Shown piece after piece: positions 48,401 to 55,503 of a stretch of 64,000 nt of DNA. Position 1 is the first letter of the stretch. Every line of letters starts with the position of its first letter. The notes beneath the pieces were generated by a model that had not been told where the DNA came from, ran no database searches, and saw only the letters and a list, made by a program, of their open reading frames with translations. This stretch comes from Chitinophagaceae bacterium (GTDB lineage Bacteria; Bacteroidota; Bacteroidia; Chitinophagales; UBA10324), in NCBI GenBank assembly GCA_947469485.1, contig CANIPU010000016.1:395-64394 (forward strand), in the 5' to 3' direction. A program made the position numbers and the translations under genes.

Positions 48401-48525
48401 AAACTGCTGCTTAATTGTCTGCTTAAAAAACGATTAACTATATCTCGCCCTTTATTTCCAACATCCTCACGGTTGGCTACAATGGCAAACAATTGCATCA
48501 GAGCTTTTAATATTTTATCACTCAT
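45484..48525 (-). CDS. ABC transporter ATP-binding/permease fusion (NBD-TMD, ABCG/ABC-2 type) with about 270-aa N-terminal extension
   Basis: Walker A GNSGAGKTT, signature ISGGQRKRLNIA, Walker B ILFVDEPTSGLS, then multiple TM helices and the ABC-2-like ASRWAFEALAV. There are extra N-terminal and C-terminal regions. Confidence 0.85.
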   Translation of the reverse strand: MSDKILKALMQLFAIVANREDVGNKGRDIVNRFLSRQLSSSFVQQYLLIFDTFLDQLSGKTEEGKNRKRISVNSVKVLRICTDINKELDQKQKIIVLIRLLEYVKASSLEINEQHLEFLKTVAEVFSIDENDYNNCLFLTGIALSKLNHTENSFLHIDKNEFAPDISLHIQKESLSGEILFLFFKELNFFVFRYNGNDQLFLNGRAIIPNAVGVVDVFEQGSVIKGSKINSIFYNDILHQFIGTDISNKIQFDVKELGYSFRNNKIGLYDLTFSASSGTMVSIMGNSGAGKTTLLTLLNGSIKPTKGNIYINGTDLHSDKNNLHAWIGNIPQDDLLIEELTVYQNLFFSAKLYFGKLSDEEINKKVNECLISLGLYESKDLAVGDPLNKFISGGQRKRLNIALELIRQPEILFVDEPTSGLSSNDAENVMELLKQLSLSGKLVFVVIHQPSSDIFKLFDKLLLLDTGGYPVFYGNPIDSLSYFKQQMNYVDFENSECIECGNINPEENFRIIESKTVDEFGKSTADRKISSSEWYKLFNAHFVQKTEGIKTAYNKISTPVSKVSNAFIQYLVYFKRNFLAKINNKQYLAITLIEGPLLALILAVALRAHAPGEEYRFGTNPNIPVYIFICAIVALFLGLIVSAEEIIHDKKILKRESFLRLSRSSYLFSKITFLFIISAIQTVLFLIVGNLILDVSNLFFDYWLVLFSVSCFANVLGLNISSGLKTRVAVYILIPFLVIPQIMLSGVMVKFEDLSPVVSSQSKVPFIGNIMASRWAFEALAVDQFKNNDYEKPFFEYDKQMSNATYRKDWWPGVMQTQLRNAELFVKTHKSSSDSIQLISSLIKTEFSDLQSEYPKLKLKSISDLEMNSNPDFFKLCYENMDSTNKFLIKLYNQADGTKQQMLDAQVQKMGEDKLMVQFRENHYNEKLEEYVKNTMGTPKILIAENKIIRRFEPVFFNASTKGIFSAPFFSYSKSFFGVELDTFWFNLLMIWIMTISLYITLYFDLLRKLLER

Positions 48526-48594
48526 TATTCAGTAAATAGTTATTTCCTAAGATAAAGCCTGAGGAAAATGCAATTGATTTCTTCTTGAAAAAAA

Positions 48595-49464
48595 TTAATT
48601 GATAAGTTTATCTCTTATCACTTTAAAAAGTGAAATTGTTTTATCAATATTTTCTGGAGTTAAATCATCTTTAGATTTCACAATTTCGTCATATGATTTT
48701 TTAAGTGACTCCAGGCTTTTCATTAATTCCACTGATTCTTTATCAGTATATTCTTTATATAAATTAATTAAATGATAGATATATAATTTTTGATTGTAAA
48801 CTTTATCATAAATTCTTTCGTTCTCCGCAGTTTTCGGAATGTCTTTTAAAAGATTAAGACTCAAATAATTTATTTCAATTAATGCTCCGGCTAATACATG
48901 GCTTGCTGCCAGATATCGCTCATTCTTTTTTAAATAATTATCGGTTTCGGCAAACGCATGGTCAACCAGCGCAATTACCGAATCTTTATTTGATGAATTC
49001 TGACTAAATCGGTTAGCAAACTGATCAAAAGCCTGATTAATATTTAAATCTTTCGCTAATTTTTTTGCTGCTGAATAATAATTTAATAACTCTTGATTCT
49101 GACCATAAAAATTAATGTACGAAAGATCAATATTGTAAACTCCATAATTAACTTCTTTTTTAAATGAAGAAACATAGTTTCCTGCATTTTTTGATGGATT
49201 TAATAATTCAACTTTAAAAGGAGCGTTATAACTGTATATATCGTTTACAATTTCAAATGGTGATGGAAGATTTGCCTCAGTCATTGCAAATTTAAATTCA
49301 ATCGAAGATTTTTTTTCGTCATTCAATGAGTCAATTCTGTTTGAGTCAGAAAGTAATGAATCTACATTGGCTACTTCATTACTGTTTCCACCACTGTTGC
49401 ATGATGAAAATATAGAAATAGAAAGTCCGGTTAAAATGATTGAAGTTGAAATGAATTTCAGCAT
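48595..49464 (-). CDS. hypothetical lipoprotein
   Basis: Signal peptide plus lipobox (IFSSCNS). The body is helical. It is co-directional with, and 69 nt upstream of, the ABC fusion gene. Confidence 0.6.
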   Translation of the reverse strand: MLKFISTSIILTGLSISIFSSCNSGGNSNEVANVDSLLSDSNRIDSLNDEKKSSIEFKFAMTEANLPSPFEIVNDIYSYNAPFKVELLNPSKNAGNYVSSFKKEVNYGVYNIDLSYINFYGQNQELLNYYSAAKKLAKDLNINQAFDQFANRFSQNSSNKDSVIALVDHAFAETDNYLKKNERYLAASHVLAGALIEINYLSLNLLKDIPKTAENERIYDKVYNQKLYIYHLINLYKEYTDKESVELMKSLESLKKSYDEIVKSKDDLTPENIDKTISLFKVIRDKLIN

Positions 49465-49603
49465 AACTGTTGTTGTGTTTGCACAAAAATAGAAATGAAA
49501 AGCACATAAAATAATTCAATTAAAATTTTTTAACGAGATGTTTAAAATAGGTTTTGGGTTATTAAAAATAAATACCTTGATTATTTTAGCCGTGAGAATA
49601 AAT

Positions 49604-50191
49604 ATGCAATTCGAAAAGGTTAATAGTTATATTCAGCAAGTTTTAAAAACCGAGATTTCGCCTTTTCTGGTATATCATAGTCTGGCGCATACATTAGGAG
49701 TATTGGATGCATCAATTGAAATAGCGAAAGAAGAAAATATTACAAATGAGAATGACCTAATAATTCTTAAAACAGCTGCTATATTTCACGATTGCGGGTT
49801 TATAAATGTATATGATCACGAAGTTGAAGAAGAGGCCTGCTTAATTGCAAAAAGAGTGCTTCCTGGTTATGAATATAGCGCCGACCAAATTGAACAAATT
49901 TGCAAGTTGATATTAAAGACAAAAATTCCACAGCAACCGGAAACTCAGCTCGAAAAAATTTTATGTGATGCTGATTTAAATTATTTAGGGGATAATGATT
50001 ATGAAATTATCAGTAACCGACTTTTTTTGGAGTTAAATTCTAATGGAAAAAATATAAGTGAAAAGGAATGGTTAGAACTTCAGATTGATTTTCTGGAAAG
50101 GCACCATTTCTGGACAAATTCATGTATAGTACGAAATGAGCAAAAAAAACAAGAACACTTGTCCAGGTTAAAAAACTTTGTCCTGGTTTAA
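49604..50191 (+). CDS. HD-domain metal-dependent phosphohydrolase
   Basis: Motifs YHSLAHTLGV, AAIFHDCGF and LCDADLNYLG (H...HD...D). ATG 49604 is preferred over 49538. Confidence 0.75.
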   Translation: MQFEKVNSYIQQVLKTEISPFLVYHSLAHTLGVLDASIEIAKEENITNENDLIILKTAAIFHDCGFINVYDHEVEEEACLIAKRVLPGYEYSADQIEQICKLILKTKIPQQPETQLEKILCDADLNYLGDNDYEIISNRLFLELNSNGKNISEKEWLELQIDFLERHHFWTNSCIVRNEQKKQEHLSRLKNFVLV

Positions 50192-50198
50192 AATAGAA

Positions 50199-50408
50199 TC
50201 AAGGTTCTACAAAATACATATCAATCTGCCCCTTGTTTTTAGCTTCAATCTTGCCGCGATGTGTGTAATTAAATTCGTTTTTAACTAGCTCATAAGTAGT
50301 GCCGCTGATATTTACTTTTCCAATTTCTCCTGATGATTCCATACGCGATGCAGTATTTACTGTATCGCCCCAAATGTCATAAGCGAATTTTTTTGTGCCT
50401 ACACTGGT
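50199..50408 (-). pseudogene. C-terminal remnant of a class III adenylate/guanylate cyclase catalytic domain
   Basis: Hand translation of the minus strand gives TSVGTKKFAYDIWGDTVNTASRMESSGEIGKVNISGTTYELVKNEFNYTHRGKIEAKNKGQIDMYFVEP*. An in-frame TAA lies immediately upstream (50409-50411). There is no start codon giving a full domain, and only AT-rich non-coding DNA lies upstream. Confidence 0.7.
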
Positions 50409-50649
50409 TTAATGCATTTTGTAAAATTGTTGAAGTTTTTCATAGGGGAATATTTTAAAATTAAAAACATTTATTCAAATTGTTGCATTAAAAGTAAAGG
50501 AATTTTTAATAAAAAATCTCCTTTAATGTTAAGAATATACAAAGAAGTAATATAAGCAATAAACTATAGAAAAATTCCGATGAAATGCATATTTTATCGG
50601 TTGAAATTTTTAATTAAATTGAATTTAGAAAAAAATTAACTGAAGAAAT

Positions 50650-51069
50650 TTAAGATTTAAAAACCTGTATGGTTTTTTCAACTTCAATAAAATCTGAAAA
50701 CTTGCCGAGAAATTTTGTGGCTTTCACATTTCTGTCATCAATCCAGTGATAATTACCACCTCTTGGTTTACCAAACAAAATACTGTGATATTTAAAGCCA
50801 TGAGATTTCAGCCATTCTTCAGTAATTGCCCTGTGAGATTCTAATCTCGAAGTAAAAAAGCATATAAAATGTCCTTCGTCATACCATTTATTAACAAATT
50901 CCAAAGCTTCAGGAATCAGCTTTGCTGTTCTCATTCTTTCAGGCTCTTCATTCGGAACATCTTCGCAAATAGTTCCATCAATATCAATTAAAAAATTCTT
51001 AATATGATCGGGTAGGATAGGGCTTCCCTTGGATCCATCTGCATTAAACGATTCTTTTAAATCTGACAT
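50650..51069 (-). CDS. small capless HAD-superfamily phosphatase
   Basis: HAD motifs I (LIDIDGTI), II (FFTSR), III (FGKPRG) and IV (WIDDRN). It lies 3 nt downstream of pntB. Confidence 0.75.
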   Translation of the reverse strand: MSDLKESFNADGSKGSPILPDHIKNFLIDIDGTICEDVPNEEPERMRTAKLIPEALEFVNKWYDEGHFICFFTSRLESHRAITEEWLKSHGFKYHSILFGKPRGGNYHWIDDRNVKATKFLGKFSDFIEVEKTIQVFKS

Positions 51070-51072
51070 TTA

Positions 51073-52476
51073 TTAATTCGCTTTAACCTCACTGATTAAT
51101 TTTTGTAAGGTTGCTTTTGCATCACCAAAAAGCATTCGCGTTTTTGGTTCGTAGAATAATTCGTTTTCAATACCTGCATAACCAGCGGCCATACCTCGCT
51201 TCATAACAATTACATTTTGAGCATATTCAACTTCCAATATCGGCATTCCGTAAATAGGACTTTGAGGATTCTTTTTTGCAGCAGGATTAACCACATCGTT
51301 CGCTCCAATTACTATTACCGCATCGGTTGAATTGAATTCATTATTAGCATCTTCCATTTCCAATAATTTTGGATACGGAACATCAGCTTCAGCCAATAAA
51401 ACATTCATATGTCCTGGCATACGACCTGCCACCGGATGAATGGCATATTTAACTTCAACGCCTTTTTCTTCCAATAAAGTTTCTAATTCATGACATGCAT
51501 GTTGAGCTTGAGCAACCGCCAATCCATAACCTGGAACTATCATTACTTTTTTTGAATAACTCAATAACACTGCAGCATCTGAAACCGAAATCTCTTTAAT
51601 AGTACCAAGAGTAGAGTTGCCAATGCCGGCAGTCGATGTTCCACCTCCGCCAAATGATCCTACAATTACATTAAGCAAAGATCGGTTCATTGCCTTACAC
51701 ATAAGAATTGTAAGTATTGTTCCGGCAGAACCAACTAAAATTCCACCGGTTAGCATAACCTGGTTGTTGTAAATAAAACCACCAAAAGCAGCTGCAACAC
51801 CGGTAAAGGAATTGAGTAAAGAAATAACAACCGGCATATCAGCACCGCCAATGGGCATAACGAAAAATATTCCGTAAATCAAGCAGCCAGCAGTTAAAAC
51901 TCCTAATAAAACCATGTTAGGTACAGGCAAGGTTGTAAGATAAGCGCCGGTACCAATCAAGGCTGCCATAAGAATTAAATTAATAACTGATTGACCAGGA
52001 ATTGTTTTGTCATTAATGTTCCCATTTAGTTTGCCAAAAGCAATCATGCTGCCACTAAACGATATACTACCTATTAATAATCCTGCAAGTACCGTAGCCA
52101 TATAGCCATAAGCACCCGCTGCAAAATGATGCTGATATTCTATTACAGAAATTATAGCTGCACAGGCACCACCCATTCCATTAAATAATGAAACCATTTG
52201 AGGCATTGCAGTCATTTTTACTTTTTTTGCTCCAAGGACTCCGAGAATGGTTCCAATTAATAAAGCAACAAAAATTAAAATAATATTTGTGTTGGAAAAA
52301 GCTTCTCCGTTTTCTGTTCTATATAGAAATATTGTTCCTGCAATTGCTATTGTCATTCCAAAAGCCGCAATTAAGTTACCACGCCTTGCAGTATCAGGAT
52401 GACTGAGTCTTTTTAAACCTATAATAAAAGTGATTGAGCCTATTAAGTATATAATTTGTAAGATTTGATTTTCCAT
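51073..52476 (-). CDS. pntB: NAD(P) transhydrogenase subunit beta
   Basis: N-terminal multi-TM domain plus a C-terminal dIII domain (PGYGLAVAQAQH, AIHPVAGRMPGHMNVLLAEA, GANDVVNPAA). Confidence 0.92.
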   Translation of the reverse strand: MENQILQIIYLIGSITFIIGLKRLSHPDTARRGNLIAAFGMTIAIAGTIFLYRTENGEAFSNTNIILIFVALLIGTILGVLGAKKVKMTAMPQMVSLFNGMGGACAAIISVIEYQHHFAAGAYGYMATVLAGLLIGSISFSGSMIAFGKLNGNINDKTIPGQSVINLILMAALIGTGAYLTTLPVPNMVLLGVLTAGCLIYGIFFVMPIGGADMPVVISLLNSFTGVAAAFGGFIYNNQVMLTGGILVGSAGTILTILMCKAMNRSLLNVIVGSFGGGGTSTAGIGNSTLGTIKEISVSDAAVLLSYSKKVMIVPGYGLAVAQAQHACHELETLLEEKGVEVKYAIHPVAGRMPGHMNVLLAEADVPYPKLLEMEDANNEFNSTDAVIVIGANDVVNPAAKKNPQSPIYGMPILEVEYAQNVIVMKRGMAAGYAGIENELFYEPKTRMLFGDAKATLQKLISEVKAN

Positions 52477-52535
52477 CTATTTCTATTTCGTATTTCTTAT
52501 TAAAATTCTCTTATTATTTCCTCTGCTTTTTAAAA

Positions 52536-52847
52536 TTACTTTTTCTTCTTTTTGAATAACTCAAGCATACGGTCTGTAACTACAAATCCTCCAACAACAT
52601 TTAATGTTCCAAGTATTACGGCTAAAAAGCCCAGAATTAATGCGAGGTAATTATCTGGTTCAGCTTGCCCCATTACAATGATGGCGCCTATAATAACTAC
52701 ACCATGAATTGCATTTGCTCCTGACATAAGCGGAGTATGTAACACTGAAGGTACATGCGAAATAACCTCAATACCTAAAAAGACCGAGAGAATGAGAATG
52801 TAAATCATTCCCATGTTGGAGTAAATAAAAGTGAGTAACTGTTCCAT
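52536..52847 (-). CDS. pntAB: NAD(P) transhydrogenase subunit alpha part 2
   Basis: 103-aa three-helix membrane protein (PLMSGANAIHG) located between pntAA and pntB. Confidence 0.85.
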   Translation of the reverse strand: MEQLLTFIYSNMGMIYILILSVFLGIEVISHVPSVLHTPLMSGANAIHGVVIIGAIIVMGQAEPDNYLALILGFLAVILGTLNVVGGFVVTDRMLELFKKKKK

Positions 52848-52856
52848 ATAATTTTA

Positions 52857-53993
52857 TCAGGCTGTTTGTGTGGTTATGGTTTCTTTAACTTTAGGATGGT
52901 TTATTTCCTTATTGTGAGTAATACAACTTCCTTTTACTATATCATCTTCAAAGTTCAATAGAAGATTACCTTCTTTGTTAATAATGAGTTTTAAAAAATT
53001 CAAAACATTTTTACCAAACATTTTGCTTGCATCAGCCGGAATAGTTGATGGCAGATAGGAGTTTCCTATAATAGTGACACCTTTATGATTGATAGTTTCG
53101 TTATTCTTGGTCAGTTCGCAGTTTCCACCGGTTGATGCAGCCAAATCCACAATCACGCTACCCGCTTTCATTGATTCAACAGTTTGGGTAGTAATTAATA
53201 CAGGAGCCTTTCTTCCGGGAATTTGAGCTGTAGTTATTATTACATCAGACTTCGAAGCGCTTTCATGAATTTTTTGTTTTTGACGATCTAAAAATTCTTT
53301 TGATTGCTCAACAGCATATCCACCAGCCGCGGAAGAATCAGCAGCACCTTCTACTTCTATAAATTTAGCGCCCAACGATTTTACCTCTTCTTTTACAGCA
53401 GCACGGGTATCAAAAACTTCAACTACTCCTCCTAATCTTTTTGCGGTTGCAATTGCCTGTAAACCGGCAACACCAGCACCAATGATTAAAACCTTTGCAG
53501 GAACTATACTTCCTGCCGCAGTCATGAACATAGGAAAGAACTTAGGAAGGTTTGTGGCAGCAACCAAAACTGCTTTATATCCAGCTGCAGTCGCTTGTGA
53601 TGAAAGAATGTCCATAGCCTGAGCACGGGTTGTTCGTGGAATCATATCCATACTGAAACTGGTGACATTCTTATTTAACAAGGCCAAAACAATTTCTTTA
53701 TTAAATAATGGTTGAAAAACATTTAGCAGAACTGTTCCTTCCGGCATTTTAGCAATATCATCATTGCTTACAGCATTAATTCGTGCTATCAGATTGCTGT
53801 TTTTTAATATATCTTCTTTAGAAGTTATTGTTGCTCCGGCATTTATATATTCATCATCACTAATCATTGCGCCATTCCCTGCACCTGATTCTACTTTTAA
53901 CTGAACATTCATTTTAACTAACAGACCGACAATTTCAGGGAGCATTACCACTCTTCTGTCCTCCAATGGTTCTCGTAAAATTCCTATTATCAT
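52857..53993 (-). CDS. pntAA: NAD(P) transhydrogenase subunit alpha part 1 (dI)
   Basis: Alanine-dehydrogenase-like fold with Rossmann motif VLIIGAGVAGLQA, plus RE...E..RV at the N-terminus. Confidence 0.9.
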   Translation of the reverse strand: MIIGILREPLEDRRVVMLPEIVGLLVKMNVQLKVESGAGNGAMISDDEYINAGATITSKEDILKNSNLIARINAVSNDDIAKMPEGTVLLNVFQPLFNKEIVLALLNKNVTSFSMDMIPRTTRAQAMDILSSQATAAGYKAVLVAATNLPKFFPMFMTAAGSIVPAKVLIIGAGVAGLQAIATAKRLGGVVEVFDTRAAVKEEVKSLGAKFIEVEGAADSSAAGGYAVEQSKEFLDRQKQKIHESASKSDVIITTAQIPGRKAPVLITTQTVESMKAGSVIVDLAASTGGNCELTKNNETINHKGVTIIGNSYLPSTIPADASKMFGKNVLNFLKLIINKEGNLLLNFEDDIVKGSCITHNKEINHPKVKETITTQTA

Positions 53994-54150
53994 TTATATC
54001 ATTTTTCTTTTAAGCGCGGCAAAAGTAACTTTCGGGATTGATAATGAGAAGATGACAATTATTAGTTGTTTACAACAGATTAATTATTGAATTCTTTGAA
54101 GATTTTTCTTAAATATTTTTTTATTTCATCAATGTTTATACATTACGCCC

Positions 54151-54843
54151 ATGAAAACGACGAAGAAAACGCCAGTTAAGAAGGCTCCAGCGAAAAAACC
54201 TTTAGCGCAGAAAACGGTTTCTAAAAAGCCATTAGCAAAAAAAGATTCTCCTAAAAAGGCTGAAGTAAAAAAAGCTACAGCTAAGAAATCAGTGATAATA
54301 AAAGAGAAAGTAAAAAAAACTGAACCCAAGAAGCAGGAAATTGTTGTTAAGGAAGAAAAAAAACAAGCAATTCCTAAACCACCTAAAAAGACTTTAACAA
54401 AAAAGAAAGAATATAAGGTTGCCGGCCCTCCTGCAATTCCGCTTGCAACAAAAATTTCATCCTCTGGGAAAAGATTATTTACAATGGAGTATGTAATAAA
54501 GAGTTCTCCGGTCATTTTATATGACTTTGTTACAGCAACATCAAATATGGCTCAGTGGTTTGCGGATGAAGTTGACAGAAGCAGAGATGATATTTATACT
54601 TTTACTTGGGATGGCAATGTTCAGGTTGCAAGAGTACTTGATGAAATTGAGCACGAGCTAGTTCGTTATCAATGGGTTGATGGTCCGGCTGACGAATACT
54701 TTGAATTTAAAGTTACCCATACTGAAATAACCGGTGATACGGTATTAATTATTACGGATTTTTGCGACCCTAAGGATATGAAGGATGCTCAGTTTTTATG
54801 GGATAGTCAAATTAAGAACATGATTCAACAATTAGGTGCCTGA
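54151..54843 (+). CDS. histone H1-like lysine-rich tail fused to a START/AHSA1-like (SRPBCC) domain
   Basis: The first 89 residues contain 34 Lys (hand count) in KKPxAKK-type repeats. The C-terminal ~125 aa (FTMEYVIKSSPVILYDFV...WF...TFTWDG...VRYQW...FEFKV) look like an SRPBCC fold. Confidence 0.7.
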   Translation: MKTTKKTPVKKAPAKKPLAQKTVSKKPLAKKDSPKKAEVKKATAKKSVIIKEKVKKTEPKKQEIVVKEEKKQAIPKPPKKTLTKKKEYKVAGPPAIPLATKISSSGKRLFTMEYVIKSSPVILYDFVTATSNMAQWFADEVDRSRDDIYTFTWDGNVQVARVLDEIEHELVRYQWVDGPADEYFEFKVTHTEITGDTVLIITDFCDPKDMKDAQFLWDSQIKNMIQQLGA

Positions 54844-54867
54844 TAATTTTCAGGTTTAAATTAAAGG

Positions 54868-54899
54868 GCCACATTTTCAATTTGTAGATGTGGCTTTTT
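54868..54899 (+). terminator. rho-independent terminator
   Basis: Stem gccacat (54868-54874) pairs with atgtggc (54888-54894), then TTTTT. The T-run abuts the stop of the convergent gene. Confidence 0.55.
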
Positions 54900-55503
54900 A
54901 TATTAGTATATTTTGAATTATCATGTGTTGTTTTAAAAAGTAATCATAAGCAATTTCATATTTATTTAAAGGCAGTATAGAGGCAATTTTTAAATATCCG
55001 GTTTTTGAAATAATATCTTCAAACTCACTTATTGTCAGATTTTTTATTTCCTTGTAATAATCATTATCAACTGAATGAATCCAACGATCAGTATTTGTTG
55101 AGATGTAAAAATTTTTATCATTCAATATCGAATAATTCGATAAAATTTTGGGCAGGTGCATTTCCAGTTCTTTTCCGGATAAAATGAAAAAGGTAGAAAA
55201 ATAATTTCCCCACCAAAAAAAATTCCTTACGGCAAATTGGTTTTCATCTTCTAATTTTTTTGGAAAGTCAAGAATTAAATATGGTAATCCAAGGTAATTT
55301 TCACCCTTTGAAATTTTAGGAGTAAAAGTTTTTTGATCATAATCGACCAAAATTTTTCTCCAGGTTTCATTTAAAGTTTTGTTATTTCCAATTTCACCAA
55401 ATAAGGTAATAATTTTTGAAATTATTTCCCGTTTAACAGAAAAAAAAGCGGTGTTACCAATTGTTATTTTCTCTTCTTCCGAAAGAATTACTTTTGTTTG
55501 CAT
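54898..55503 (-). CDS. hypothetical protein
   Basis: About 201-aa ORF starting from ATG 55503; the track start 55512 is a TTG. No family recognised. Confidence 0.5.
   Translation of the reverse strand: MQTKVILSEEEKITIGNTAFFSVKREIISKIITLFGEIGNNKTLNETWRKILVDYDQKTFTPKISKGENYLGLPYLILDFPKKLEDENQFAVRNFFWWGNYFSTFFILSGKELEMHLPKILSNYSILNDKNFYISTNTDRWIHSVDNDYYKEIKNLTISEFEDIISKTGYLKIASILPLNKYEIAYDYFLKQHMIIQNILI

Noticed and set aside
50409-50649. 240-nt AT-rich gap examined for a small ORF, ncRNA or mobile-element scar
   Set aside because: It holds only very short ORFs (19 aa or fewer) and weak 5-6 bp hairpins. I found no terminal inverted repeats or recognisable RNA motif. I cannot exclude an sRNA without covariance or expression data.
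54129-54515. 128-aa Phe/Leu/Gly-rich minus-strand ORF
   Set aside because: It is the antisense mirror of the AAG/AAA-rich lysine repeat of the 54151-54843 gene. Low-complexity coding DNA produces such shadow ORFs.
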